Counted from the stretch's first letter, positions 47,392 to 57,570 are shown. The stretch: 64,000 bases of DNA from Flavobacterium sp. (GCA_031373195.1 JANMML010000014.1:26456-90455); one strand, 5' to 3'. Numbers and translations are program-made. Notes: generated from the letters alone by a model not told the origin.

Positions 47392-48527
47392 TTTCTCGAA
47401 TAAAAGATAGTCTAATCAATAATTTAAAGAACATTATCGGTTGGAAAACTCATCGTAAAATTGTTGTTTTTTCAGTTGATGATTATGGGAATGTTCGTCT
47501 TCACTCCAAAGAAGCGAGAGTTAATTTGGATGAAGCGGGGCTGAAAATCTATTCGCGTTTTGATCTTTTCGATGCTTTAGAAACCAAACAAGATCTAGAG
47601 CAATTGTTTGAGGTTCTAAATTCTGTCAAAGACAAGAATGGCAGAAGCGCTGTATTTACGCCATTTGCACTTCCTTGTAACATTGATTTTGAAAAAATGG
47701 CTGCGGATGATTACCGTAATTTCTACTACGAAAATCTGCCAAAAACCTATAGTAAGTTAGCCAAAGAACAACCGGAAGCCTACATTGGCGCCTGGGAATT
47801 GTGGCAAGAAGGAATATCCAAAGGTTTTTTAAGACCGCAATTTCACGGAAGAGAACATTTGAATTTATTTGTGTTTAATGATAAGTTAAAAAAGAGAGAT
47901 CCACAATTGCTCACCGCGCTGAAAAATAAATCCTACACGAGTATTTCAGACGAAGATTATCCAACGATGTCAAGTACTGCTGCTTTTGATTTTTTTGATG
48001 TCAGCGACAATGAACAATTAAAGCCGATTATCAAAGAAGGATTGGACTTGTTTGAAGAAGTTTACGGTTATCGAAGTAATTACTTCACGCCGCCGGTTTA
48101 CCAAATTCATCATTCTCTTTTTCCAACTTTAAAGGAAAATGGAATCGCGTACATCGATTTGGGATTGGTAAGAAAAGAACATCAGGGACAAAATAAATAT
48201 CAAACATCGTTCAATTTTATTGGAAAGAAAACCAGAGAAGATCTTACGATTATGGTGCGAAACATCGTTTTCGAGCCTACCGAAGAACGCGGAGTAGATT
48301 GGGTTCATTTTACAATGAAACAAATAGATCGAGCTTTTCGATGGAACAAGCCTGCAATAATCAGCTCTCATCGCGTCAATTTCTGCGGACATATTGATCC
48401 AAAAAACAGAGAAAAAGGCCTACAAACTTTGCGGCAATTGCTTCAGGAAATTGTCAAAAAATGGCCTGATGTTGAGTTTATGGCGGCAGATGAAATGACT
48501 GATTGCCTCAAAAATGAAAGAAAATGA
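47388..48527 (+). CDS. Uncharacterised protein, paralog of 33201-34325 (possible deacetylase-fold)
   Basis: Contains IVVFSVDDYG, RPQFHGREHLN, WNKPAIISSHRVNFCGHIDPKNREKGL and KKWPDVEF, collinear with the first copy. Confidence 0.35.
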   Translation: MISRIKDSLINNLKNIIGWKTHRKIVVFSVDDYGNVRLHSKEARVNLDEAGLKIYSRFDLFDALETKQDLEQLFEVLNSVKDKNGRSAVFTPFALPCNIDFEKMAADDYRNFYYENLPKTYSKLAKEQPEAYIGAWELWQEGISKGFLRPQFHGREHLNLFVFNDKLKKRDPQLLTALKNKSYTSISDEDYPTMSSTAAFDFFDVSDNEQLKPIIKEGLDLFEEVYGYRSNYFTPPVYQIHHSLFPTLKENGIAYIDLGLVRKEHQGQNKYQTSFNFIGKKTREDLTIMVRNIVFEPTEERGVDWVHFTMKQIDRAFRWNKPAIISSHRVNFCGHIDPKNREKGLQTLRQLLQEIVKKWPDVEFMAADEMTDCLKNERK

Positions 48528-49543
48528 TAAAAAGATTCCTCTATTTAGGCTATTACATCAAGAAAATGGATTGGGAGAAGTTTTGGCTTTTTCTGAATTA
48601 CACGGCTAAGACAACACAGCGAAGCAAAATACGTATTTTGTATGATGTTCTTACTTGTGTCTTCGTCTATAATATTTCTATTTTAGAGTACTTTCAGTTC
48701 CGATTTTTTGAAAAGAACAAAGCGGAGCGGGAACTTTGGGCTGGTACCGGATATATGTTTGAGTACCAACTCATCATGAACCCAAAAAATCAGCGCGAAA
48801 TACTGGATGACAAAACCAAATTTTACAAAAGTTATGATCGTTTTTTCGTGCATCAAGTTGCCGATATAGTTGACTTGAAGAAATATCCGGAGCAAACACG
48901 AAAGCTACTCGATACTCCTTCAGGGAAATTAGTTTTTAAAGTGGCTGATGGGAAATGTGGTGTTGCCGTTGAAATTAGAAAAGCATGTGACTTTTCGCCA
49001 GAATCGATAATTGATTTTATGGAAAAAAACCACTTCGATTTGGTCGAAGAATTTATTATTCAGCATCCAAAATTGACGGAACTTTCTCCATCAGCGGTGA
49101 ATACCGTTCGAATTTTTACACAATTGAACGCTTCCAATGAAGTTGAAATCTTAGGTTGCCGTCAGCGAATTTCGGTCAATTCTTCTGTAGATAATATGGC
49201 TGCAGGAAATCTTGCGGCACCAATAGATGAAAGGACTGGAATTGTAAATGGCCCTGCCGTTTATAGCGATATTACAAAACCTGAAGAAGCGAATCATCCG
49301 ATTACCAAGGTGCCCATTGTTGGATTTCAAGTTCCATTTTGGAACGAAACCATTGCCATGGTCAAGCAGGCTGCTTTATTGCATCCACAAAACAGATCCA
49401 TCGGATGGGATGTCGTTGTTACAGAAAAGGGACCAGGATTTATAGAAGGAAATCATGATTGGTGCAAATTATTGTGGCAATTACCCGCAAAAAAAGGAAT
49501 GAAATCAGTTTTAGACGCTTACAAAAAAAGCTATGTATCGTAA
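48524..49543 (+). CDS. Sugar-transfer-associated ATP-grasp (ATPgrasp_ST-like) amidoligase
   Basis: Contains VFKVADGKCGVAVEI, VRIFT, NMAAGNLAAPID and GWDVVVTEKGPGFIEGN. Its end overlaps the start of a phosphoglycosyl transferase. Confidence 0.62.
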   Translation: MIKRFLYLGYYIKKMDWEKFWLFLNYTAKTTQRSKIRILYDVLTCVFVYNISILEYFQFRFFEKNKAERELWAGTGYMFEYQLIMNPKNQREILDDKTKFYKSYDRFFVHQVADIVDLKKYPEQTRKLLDTPSGKLVFKVADGKCGVAVEIRKACDFSPESIIDFMEKNHFDLVEEFIIQHPKLTELSPSAVNTVRIFTQLNASNEVEILGCRQRISVNSSVDNMAAGNLAAPIDERTGIVNGPAVYSDITKPEEANHPITKVPIVGFQVPFWNETIAMVKQAALLHPQNRSIGWDVVVTEKGPGFIEGNHDWCKLLWQLPAKKGMKSVLDAYKKSYVS

Positions 49544-50129
49544 TTTTTTTAAAGTATTCATCGATTTTACTGCCGCATTTGTTATTGTTTTAGTGGTACT
49601 AATTCCTATGGTGATTATTGCAGTGCTCGTATTAGTTGAATCAAACGGTCCGTTGTTTTTTAGACAACAACGTGTAGGAAAAAATTTGAAGTTATTTAGC
49701 GTATATAAGTTTAGAACGATGACTCACGAGAAAAGATCCGTTGGAGATACGCCAATTATTGGAAAAGCAGATGGTGTGACCAAAGTGGGCTATTTTTTAA
49801 GACGATACAAAATCGATGAGCTGCCACAACTCTTAAATGTGCTTTTGGGTGATATGAGTTTGGTTGGACCTAGACCTAGCGTTCCGGAGCAATTAGCGAA
49901 TATGTCCGAAGAGGATAAACGGCGTTATTCCGTTCGACCAGGACTGACAGGTCTGGCGCAAATCAATGGCAATATTCATTTGAGTTGGAAAGAACGCTTT
50001 GTTTATGATTTAGATTATGTAAAAAAGGTCACTTTTTGGAATGATATAAAAATCATTTTCAAAACTATATTTATTGTTATTTTAGGAGAAAAAAAGTTCA
50101 TTAACAAACCCATGTTGAATGAAAAATAA
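49533..50129 (+). CDS. Small monotopic phosphoglycosyl transferase (bacterial sugar transferase, PglC/WbaP C-domain type), copy 1
   Basis: Contains GPLFFRQQRVGKN...F.VYKFRTM, DELPQLLNVLLGDMSLVGPRP and PGLTGLAQ. Confidence 0.88.
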   Translation: MYRNFFKVFIDFTAAFVIVLVVLIPMVIIAVLVLVESNGPLFFRQQRVGKNLKLFSVYKFRTMTHEKRSVGDTPIIGKADGVTKVGYFLRRYKIDELPQLLNVLLGDMSLVGPRPSVPEQLANMSEEDKRRYSVRPGLTGLAQINGNIHLSWKERFVYDLDYVKKVTFWNDIKIIFKTIFIVILGEKKFINKPMLNEK

Positions 50130-51117
50130 TATTGTAGAGAATCCGAAAATTATTCTGATTGGAAGTGTTAATAGCAGTAGGAAAACACTTGAAAAATTAA
50201 TAGAACACCAATTAAATGTTGTCGCTGTTCTTGGGTTGCATCCGGACGCAGCTACAAATGTTTCGGGCTATTTTGATTTGAAAGAATTAAGTGAAAACAA
50301 CCATATTCCTTTTCAATATTTCACCAAAGTCAATGACCAAGAGATTATTGATTTGGTGCAATCAAAAAACCCGGATTTGGTTTTTGTGGTTGGATTATCT
50401 CAGATGATTCGAGAGGAATTATTGGCTATTCCTCAATATGGACTCATTGGTTACCATCCAACGCGCTTGCCTGAAGGAAGAGGGCGCGGTGCTATTGCCT
50501 GGATCATTTTAGGAAAAGTACAAGGAGCGGCTTCATTTTTTAAGATGGATGAAGGCATGGACTCTGGGTCGATTTGGTCGCAAGTGAATTATGATGTCGG
50601 TGAGAATGATGACGCGACTTCTGTAGTGCAACAAATTTTGCGAGCCATTGATAAGGCGCTCGACGCCGTGTTGCCCGATCTTAAAAAAGGAATCTTTATT
50701 ACAACACCACAAGACGAATCAAAAGCAACCTATTTAGGCAAGAGAAATCCTGAAGACGGTATGATTGATTGGAAGCAATCTGCTGCAAGTATTCACCAGT
50801 TGATACGCGCCACAACGACACCACTTCCGGGCGCTTATTCCTATATTGGGAGTAAAAAGATGGTCATATTACAGGCTTCGATTTCGGAAATTACTAATCA
50901 TTTGGGAGTTGTAGGAAGAATTGTTGTCGCAGATAGTCATATGGGTATCCATGTGCAAACGGGTGATGGCTTACTTAAAATTGAGAAAGTAGCAGGAATA
51001 GAAATCGACACTTTAAAAGTAGGAAATACACTTGGGTTTCATTTCGAGAAAGAATATTTTAATTTATTAAGCAGAATAGAAACGATTGAAAATCAATTAA
51101 AAGATGGGAGAAAATAA
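50119..51117 (+). CDS. Formyltransferase (Fmt/ArnA-N-like, candidate sugar N-formyltransferase)
   Basis: Contains GYHPTRLPEGRG (compare the HxSLLPxxRG motif), MDEGMDSGSI and a C-terminal Fmt_C-like domain. Confidence 0.78.
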   Translation: MKNNIVENPKIILIGSVNSSRKTLEKLIEHQLNVVAVLGLHPDAATNVSGYFDLKELSENNHIPFQYFTKVNDQEIIDLVQSKNPDLVFVVGLSQMIREELLAIPQYGLIGYHPTRLPEGRGRGAIAWIILGKVQGAASFFKMDEGMDSGSIWSQVNYDVGENDDATSVVQQILRAIDKALDAVLPDLKKGIFITTPQDESKATYLGKRNPEDGMIDWKQSAASIHQLIRATTTPLPGAYSYIGSKKMVILQASISEITNHLGVVGRIVVADSHMGIHVQTGDGLLKIEKVAGIEIDTLKVGNTLGFHFEKEYFNLLSRIETIENQLKDGRK

Positions 51118-51790
51118 AAATATATTAATTGTTGCGCCACATTGTGATGATGAGATCTTGGGTTGCGGAGGTACTATTTCTAAATATGTTTCGAATGGAC
51201 AGACGGTTTATGTTGCCATTGTGACTAATGGACATATTGGTGCACCTGAACTTTTTTCGAAAGAAGGAACCGAAAAAGTGCGGTCGGAAGCCTTGGCAGC
51301 GCATAAAATTTTAGGAGTAAAAGAAACTTTCTTTTTAGATTTTCCTGCGCCAAGACTCGACACCATTCCTTCTTATCAATTATCGAATGTGATTGCTAAA
51401 ATCATCAATGAAAAGAAGATAGAAGTGCTGTATTTGCCGCATCGAGGAGACATTCATAAAGACCATCGAATTACATATGAAGCGGCTTTGGTGGCGGCAA
51501 GACCGATTAATAATTGCCCAATTAAGAAGATCCTTTCCTACGAAACCTTGTCTGAAACAGAATGGGCACCACCTTTTGGAGACGATGCCTTTATTCCTAC
51601 TATTTTTGAAAATATTGAAGGGCATCTCGAAAAAAAATTGGAAGCATTTAAGTGTTTTTCAACCCAAATTAAAGAATTTCCACACCCGCGTTCACTTAAA
51701 AATATCGAGATATTATCGAATTTTCGCGGTGCAACCGTAGGGAAAATCAATGTGGAGAGCTTTATGCTGATTCGAGAAATTATACAATAA
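51104..51790 (+). CDS. PIG-L/LmbE-family N-deacetylase
   Basis: Contains ILIVAPHCDDEILGCGGT and HKDH motifs. Confidence 0.88.
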   Translation: MGENKNILIVAPHCDDEILGCGGTISKYVSNGQTVYVAIVTNGHIGAPELFSKEGTEKVRSEALAAHKILGVKETFFLDFPAPRLDTIPSYQLSNVIAKIINEKKIEVLYLPHRGDIHKDHRITYEAALVAARPINNCPIKKILSYETLSETEWAPPFGDDAFIPTIFENIEGHLEKKLEAFKCFSTQIKEFPHPRSLKNIEILSNFRGATVGKINVESFMLIREIIQ

Positions 51791-51821
51791 GACTAAGTGC
51801 TTTACCTATAAAAAAACAACT

Positions 51822-52889
51822 ATGAAAATTTTGATTACAGGAGTTGGTGGACCAACGCCAAGAAGTTTTGCTATTTCACTAAAAAAGTACTCTTTTTACA
51901 AACGATTTGAATTGATAGGAACGGATATTAATCCGCTGTCGGTTGGATTGTACCAGAATGAATTGTTCAATAAAACTCATGTTGTTCCTGGGGCGACTAG
52001 TCCAAACTATTGGAATGCTATCGAAACTATTATAAAAGAAAACAACATTGATATTGCGATTATTCTTCCAGAACTAGAAGTCATGGAATGGAGCAAAAGA
52101 AAAGAAACACAATCGTTACCGTGTAAGGCTTTAATTCCGGATTGGTCGATGGCAGATTTGCTCGTTGATAAATCTAAAATGACCGAAATTCTGAAGGATT
52201 TAGATATTGTGCCACCATCGGTCACTTTCAATAGAGAGCATCAAAATCTAAAGGAAGTTTTTGATGTTTTGAAAGGTAATTTTTGGGTACGAAGCACCAG
52301 CGGAACCAGTGGATTAGGTTCACTGAAAGTAGAAGATGAAGATTCATTGAAGAATTGGATTCAAATTAATCCGAATGTGCAACAATTTATCGCCAGTAAA
52401 TTTTTACCAGGAAGAAATTTAGCCTGCAAAATGCTTTATTTTAATGGGAAGCTATTGCGAACAGCTACTGCGGAACGCGTCAATTATATTATGGCCAAAG
52501 TGGCGCCATCGGGAATTACCGGAAATACATCATTTGGAAGATTACTCAATGAGCCACATTTGGTTGAAGAGTCGCAACGAGCCATGGACTTTCTTTTCAA
52601 GCATACTGGCGCCAAGCAGCATGGTTTTTTTACGGTTGATTTTAAAGAAGATGAAAATGGCAAACCTTATATCACTGAGATTAATGTTAGACACGTAGCT
52701 TTTACACAGTGCTTTGCTGCTGCTGGAGCAAATTTTGCATCTGATACTGTTAGGCTTTTGAATGAAGATCCCGCGTTTGATTTAAACTATAAAATGTATG
52801 AGTTTGAAAAGGACTTAATTTTCTTGCGAGATGTTGATTCATTACCTATTTTGATGAAGGAAAAAGAGTTGCTGAATAAACTGAGCTAA
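51822..52889 (+). CDS. ATP-grasp fold ligase (carbamoyl-phosphate-synthase-L-like)
   Basis: Contains KILITGVGGPT, FWVRSTSGTSGLGS, FIASKFLPGRN and YITEINVRH. Confidence 0.65.
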   Translation: MKILITGVGGPTPRSFAISLKKYSFYKRFELIGTDINPLSVGLYQNELFNKTHVVPGATSPNYWNAIETIIKENNIDIAIILPELEVMEWSKRKETQSLPCKALIPDWSMADLLVDKSKMTEILKDLDIVPPSVTFNREHQNLKEVFDVLKGNFWVRSTSGTSGLGSLKVEDEDSLKNWIQINPNVQQFIASKFLPGRNLACKMLYFNGKLLRTATAERVNYIMAKVAPSGITGNTSFGRLLNEPHLVEESQRAMDFLFKHTGAKQHGFFTVDFKEDENGKPYITEINVRHVAFTQCFAAAGANFASDTVRLLNEDPAFDLNYKMYEFEKDLIFLRDVDSLPILMKEKELLNKLS

Positions 52890-52965
52890 TTCAAGAATAG
52901 ATCCCAATCAATACGGAAGCAAAAATGCTGCATTTCTATCCGAACTGTTATAAAAAAACTGCATA

Positions 52966-53532
52966 GTGAAGCGTCTTTTTGACATCATTTTTTCAATTCT
53001 TTCGCTTCTGCTTTTGAGTTGGCTGATTTTGGTTTGTTTTATTATTGCTTCCATTGAAACCCAGTCGAACGGGTTCTTTGTCCAGAAAAGAGTAGGGCAG
53101 TGGGGTGCTTTATTTAAGATACTCAAGATCAAAACGATACATCCGAAAACTAATAAAACTACCTATTTCGGACATTACTTTCGACGCTACAAATTGGATG
53201 AAATTCCACAGTTTTTTAATGTATTGCGCGGAGATATGTCGATTGTTGGTCCAAGACCAGACGTTGAAGGTTACTACGATTTATTGCAAGGAGAAGATCG
53301 AAAAGTCCTTGCGTTAAAACCAGGAATTACCAGCGAGGCATCTATTAAGTATCGGAATGAAGATGTGTTATTAAGTCAGCATGAAAATCCACTTGAATAC
53401 AACGACAAAGTGATCTTTCCCGATAAAGTAAAAATGAATTTAGCCTATTTGCACCATCATACTTTTGCTGGTGATTTGCAGATTATATTTCGAACAATAG
53501 TCGGTTCTTCTGAAAACATAAACATAGGATAG
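52966..53532 (+). CDS. Small monotopic phosphoglycosyl transferase (PglC/WcfS-like), copy 2
   Basis: Contains KRLFDIIFS, FFVQKRVGQ, DEIPQFFNVLRGDMSIVGPRP and PGITS. GTG start. Confidence 0.88.
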   Translation: MKRLFDIIFSILSLLLLSWLILVCFIIASIETQSNGFFVQKRVGQWGALFKILKIKTIHPKTNKTTYFGHYFRRYKLDEIPQFFNVLRGDMSIVGPRPDVEGYYDLLQGEDRKVLALKPGITSEASIKYRNEDVLLSQHENPLEYNDKVIFPDKVKMNLAYLHHHTFAGDLQIIFRTIVGSSENINIG

Positions 53533-53547
53533 TATTGTCGGTTATTC

Positions 53548-53555
53548 TATCTTTG
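53548..53555 (+). promoter_or_regulatory. Candidate internal -7 box (TATCTTTG)
   Basis: Matches TAnnTTTG 23 nt upstream of the ATG at 53579. No clear -33 TTTG at the expected spacing. Confidence 0.4.
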
Positions 53556-53578
53556 CAACCCAAAAATGATTAAATAAA

Positions 53579-54718
53579 ATGATAGAATCTAAAATTTGGC
53601 TTTCTTCTCCGCATATGGGTGGAAATGAACTCAAGTACATAAATGAAGCTTTTGATACCAATTGGGTCGCTCCTTTAGGACCTAATGTTTCAGGCTTTGA
53701 AAATGATTTAGAAGCCTACATCGGCGAACAAAAAAGCGTTGCCGCACTTAGTTCGGGAACTGCGGCGATTCATTTGGGGCTTGTATTATTAGATGTAAAG
53801 GCAGGTGATGAGGTGATTTGTCAGAGCTTTACGTTTTCAGCTTCGGCAAATCCGATTTTATATCAGGGCGCGCATCCTATTTTTGTTGATAGCGAAAAAG
53901 ACACCTGGAATATGTGTCCAATTGCTTTAGAGGAAGCTATTGTTGATCGAATAAAAGAAGGAAAAAAGCCCAAAGCAATTATAGCGGTTCATTTGTATGG
54001 GATGCCTTTTAAAGTGGATGAAATACTAGCAGTTGCATCCAAGTATGAGATTCCGATTTTGGAAGACAGTGCAGAGGCGTTGGGAAGTAAATATAAGAAT
54101 CAAAAATGTGGGACTTTCGGAGATATTGGTGTGCTTTCCTTCAATGGGAATAAGATCATTACGACTTCTGGAGGCGGCGCATTAGTTGCTGGTACTGCAG
54201 CATTGAAGGATAAAGCGATTTTCTTTGCCACACAATCAAGAGATCACGCACCACATTATCAACATTCAGAAATAGGTTATAATTATCGTTTGAGTAATAT
54301 ATGCGCTGGTATCGGTAGAGGTCAGATGGAAATTCTAGATCAGCATGTTGCACTTAGAAGAAGTATGCATGATTTTTATGTCAACTATTTCAAGGATATA
54401 GATGGCGTTTCTGTTTTTGAAGAACCGACATCGGACTTCTTTTCGAATTATTGGCTTTCTGCTATTGTGGTAGATCCGTCAAAAACGAACGGCAAGACAA
54501 GAGAAGATTTAAGGATGGCATTAGAACGAAAAAACATCGAATGTCGCCCATTATGGAAGCCCATGCATTTGCAGCCGATTTTCGCGGATTGTCCTTATTA
54601 CGGTAAAGATGTGGCGGAGAATTTATTCGAACAAGGTTTGTGCCTGCCGTCGGGGTCGAATTTAAGCGAAGCCGACAGAACTAGAATCAAAAATGAATTT
54701 GATAATTTTTTTAGATAA
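53579..54718 (+). CDS. DegT-family aminotransferase (PglE/WcfR-like, UDP-4-keto-6-deoxy-HexNAc 4-aminotransferase)
   Basis: Contains LSSPHMGGNELKYINEAFDTNWVAPLGP, SGTAAIHL and SFNGNKIITTSGGG. Confidence 0.85.
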   Translation: MIESKIWLSSPHMGGNELKYINEAFDTNWVAPLGPNVSGFENDLEAYIGEQKSVAALSSGTAAIHLGLVLLDVKAGDEVICQSFTFSASANPILYQGAHPIFVDSEKDTWNMCPIALEEAIVDRIKEGKKPKAIIAVHLYGMPFKVDEILAVASKYEIPILEDSAEALGSKYKNQKCGTFGDIGVLSFNGNKIITTSGGGALVAGTAALKDKAIFFATQSRDHAPHYQHSEIGYNYRLSNICAGIGRGQMEILDQHVALRRSMHDFYVNYFKDIDGVSVFEEPTSDFFSNYWLSAIVVDPSKTNGKTREDLRMALERKNIECRPLWKPMHLQPIFADCPYYGKDVAENLFEQGLCLPSGSNLSEADRTRIKNEFDNFFR

Positions 54719-54785
54719 TTTATTGCAATAAAGAGTTGGTTTTATTATAAAATGTTATTTTTATCATCAATATCGATAATCAAAA

Positions 54786-56717
54786 ATGAGTAATTTAAAA
54801 AATAGTGTTCTTGGTAAACGTTTCCGAAATCTTGGTTACTTACCGCGATGGATTATTTTTGCTATCGATGTGTTTATCGTATTAGTGGCATGTATTATTA
54901 CATACTTCATCGTTTACAGCCTATCCGATCTGAAATACAATTATTTTGGTATGGCCACTCGTTATGGATTAATCATCCTTATTAACGCAATTTTCTTTCT
55001 AATTTATCGAACATATTCCGGCATCATCAGGCATTCCACCTTTATCGACGGAGTGAAACTGCTGATATCAACAACCACCTCCTATATTTTTTTATTACTT
55101 ATCAATTTTTCCTGCAAGATATTTTTTAACAAAATTGTTTTCGTAACAACAGGTTTATTTATAAGTTACGTATTGTCCTTTTTGTTGCTTTTTTTGTTTC
55201 GTATTTTGATCAAATATATTTTTGAGAAATACATGCATATTGAGGACAAGAAGAAACTAATAAACGCAGTGATTTATGGTTCAGATGCCAATGCTATTTC
55301 AGTTGCGAACGCCTTAAAAACAGAAACACCCAGCAGATTCAAGTTACGTGGATTTATTGATAAATTCAATCAAAATAAGACCTCAAAGAGTATCTTGAAT
55401 TTGCCTATAATTAATCAGAATAAGAAAATTTCGGTAATTCTACGATCATTAAAAGCCGATGCCTTAATTATTGCTGAAAAGAGTTTGAGTAAAGAAGAGA
55501 CTATTGCAATTGTTGAAGAATGTCTTGAGTTTAACTTCAAAGTATTCACTGTTCCTTTGATAACAGATTGGGAAGATGAAAAGCAAATCTCTAACAAAGT
55601 TAAAAGTTTCGAAATAGAAGATTTATTAGATCGAAAGCCAATTGTTTTAGATACCCGAGGGATTTCAAGTCAACTAGAAGGAAAAGTAGTGATGATTACG
55701 GGTGCGGCGGGTTCAATTGGCAGTGAAATAACCCGACAAATACTATCCTTTAACCCGCGGAAAATTATTATCCTAGATCAAGCAGAAACTCCGTTACACA
55801 ATTTGAGCCTTGAGATCAAGCCATTAATTAATAAAGTGATCTTGCGCTCCGTGCTCGCAGATGTTAGAAATATTGATGCACTTGAAAGAGTTTTTGAGAA
55901 GTATCAGCCTGATGTCGTATATCATGCGGCGGCCTATAAGCATGTTCCTTTGATGGAGGAAAATCCATCGCAGGCTATCTACACTAATGTCTTAGGGACA
56001 AAAAACCTGGCAGACTTATCAATTAAATATGGCGTGGAAAGGTTCGTTATGGTTTCTACTGATAAGGCAGTAAATCCAAGTAGCGTCATGGGTGCAAGCA
56101 AACGAATAGCAGAAAAGTATGTTCAGACGTTGAATGACGAAGCCAATGTTGCCAATAAAGCTATGACTACAAAATTCATTACAACACGTTTTGGAAATGT
56201 ATTGGGATCTAATGGCTCAATTGTTCCCTTGTTTTCTAAACAAATTTTAGAAGGCGGACCGTTAACCATTACGCACCCTGACATCATTCGGTATTTTATG
56301 ACCATTCCTGAAGCGTGTCAACTTGTTTTGGAGGCAGGTGCCATGGGTAAAGGTGGTGAGATTTTTATCTTTGATATGGGACAACCCGTAAAGATTATTG
56401 ACTTGGCAAAAAAAATGATTCGATTAGCAGGATTTGTGCCTTATAAGGATATCGACATAAAAATTATTGGATTGCGCCCAGGAGAGAAATTGTACGAAGA
56501 ATTATTGAATGATTCTTCAAAAACGCTCGCCACACACCATGACAAAATTATGATTGCACAAGAAATACAGGAAGATTACAGCGAAATTCAAAACAGTACT
56601 ATAAAGCTCTTGGATAATATTGAGAAAAGTTCCAATGAAGAAATTGTAATGGCTATGAAAAAAATTGTGCCAGAATTCAAAAGTATGAATTCTGTATTTG
56701 AAACCCTAGATGCCTAA
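54786..56717 (+). CDS. Membrane-anchored UDP-GlcNAc 4,6-dehydratase (CapD/PglF/WbpM family)
   Basis: 643 aa. Four N-terminal TM helices, then VMITGAAGSIGSE, STDKAVNPSSVMGASKR and FGNVLGSNGS. Confidence 0.9.
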   Translation: MSNLKNSVLGKRFRNLGYLPRWIIFAIDVFIVLVACIITYFIVYSLSDLKYNYFGMATRYGLIILINAIFFLIYRTYSGIIRHSTFIDGVKLLISTTTSYIFLLLINFSCKIFFNKIVFVTTGLFISYVLSFLLLFLFRILIKYIFEKYMHIEDKKKLINAVIYGSDANAISVANALKTETPSRFKLRGFIDKFNQNKTSKSILNLPIINQNKKISVILRSLKADALIIAEKSLSKEETIAIVEECLEFNFKVFTVPLITDWEDEKQISNKVKSFEIEDLLDRKPIVLDTRGISSQLEGKVVMITGAAGSIGSEITRQILSFNPRKIIILDQAETPLHNLSLEIKPLINKVILRSVLADVRNIDALERVFEKYQPDVVYHAAAYKHVPLMEENPSQAIYTNVLGTKNLADLSIKYGVERFVMVSTDKAVNPSSVMGASKRIAEKYVQTLNDEANVANKAMTTKFITTRFGNVLGSNGSIVPLFSKQILEGGPLTITHPDIIRYFMTIPEACQLVLEAGAMGKGGEIFIFDMGQPVKIIDLAKKMIRLAGFVPYKDIDIKIIGLRPGEKLYEELLNDSSKTLATHHDKIMIAQEIQEDYSEIQNSTIKLLDNIEKSSNEEIVMAMKKIVPEFKSMNSVFETLDA

Positions 56718-56763
56718 ACAATCATAAAGAGCGATTTTACAACAGATTTTAAACCTTTCGAAC

Positions 56764-56771
56764 TATATTTG
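56764..56771 (+). promoter_or_regulatory. Candidate -7 box (TATATTTG) for wza2-wzc2
   Basis: Matches TAnnTTTG 19 nt upstream of the ATG at 56791. Confidence 0.45.
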
Positions 56772-56790
56772 CAAGACTCAACCATATACT

Positions 56791-57561
56791 ATGAAATTTT
56801 CAACTAAAGCAGCCGTATTATATTTATTTGCATCCCTATTTCTTTTCTCATGTGTTTCCAGGAAGAAAATTGTTTATTTACAAGATGTAGACAATCAAAA
56901 GAATTATGATGCTTCACTTAGATACGAACCTACTTTGCAACCAGATGATTTGCTCAATGTGATTGTCAGTGCTGAAAATCCGGAGGTAACTGTCCCCTTT
57001 AATTTACCACAGATACAGGGAAATTATCAGTTAAATGAAAATCAAAGCAATATTAAAACGTATTTAATTGACAATGATGGTTTTATTGAGTTTCCGGTGG
57101 TTGGAAAGCTAAAGTTAGGAGGCTTGACAAGAACGCAAGCCATCAGTGCGCTTTCGGAAAAAGTTTCCTTTTATATCAAAAATCCTAGTATCAATTTACG
57201 CATTTTAAATTACAAAATTTCAATTCTAGGGCAGGTTGTAAAACCAGGCTCTTACACAATTCCCAGTGAGCGGATCACTTTATTAGAAGCCTTGAGTCTT
57301 GCAGGTGATTTAACTATTTACGGAAAACGAAATAACATATTAGTAATTCATGAGGAAGAAGGGAAAAAGACATACCATCGAATTGATTTAACAAAGGTTG
57401 ACATTCTAAATTTAGAGCATTACTATTTGGCGCAAAACGACATCATTTATGTAGAACCGAATAAAACTGCTGTAAATGGTTCTATCATTGGACCCAACAC
57501 AGGTTTATACCTTTCGGGTTTAACCGTTTTACTTTCTTTAATATTAGTACTAAAAAGTTAA
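56791..57561 (+). CDS. wza: Polysaccharide export outer-membrane lipoprotein (Wza-like), copy 2
   Basis: Lipobox LFASLFLFSC, plus Poly_export and SLBB blocks collinear with copy 1. Confidence 0.85.
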   Translation: MKFSTKAAVLYLFASLFLFSCVSRKKIVYLQDVDNQKNYDASLRYEPTLQPDDLLNVIVSAENPEVTVPFNLPQIQGNYQLNENQSNIKTYLIDNDGFIEFPVVGKLKLGGLTRTQAISALSEKVSFYIKNPSINLRILNYKISILGQVVKPGSYTIPSERITLLEALSLAGDLTIYGKRNNILVIHEEEGKKTYHRIDLTKVDILNLEHYYLAQNDIIYVEPNKTAVNGSIIGPNTGLYLSGLTVLLSLILVLKS

Positions 57562-57570
57562 AAAAAAATA

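Noticed and set aside
52923-52935. AAATGC-T-GCATTT palindrome before the second PGT
   Set aside because: It is a single 6-bp-arm palindrome in a 76-bp spacer with no repeat elsewhere in the window. It is too weak to call a regulatory site.
54719-54785. Palindromes TTTATTGCAATAAA (54719-54732) and TATCGATA upstream of the CapD/PglF-like gene
   Set aside because: Short AT-rich palindromes are expected by chance in this composition. There is no loop, no T-run and no second occurrence, so the evidence is insufficient for an operator or terminator.
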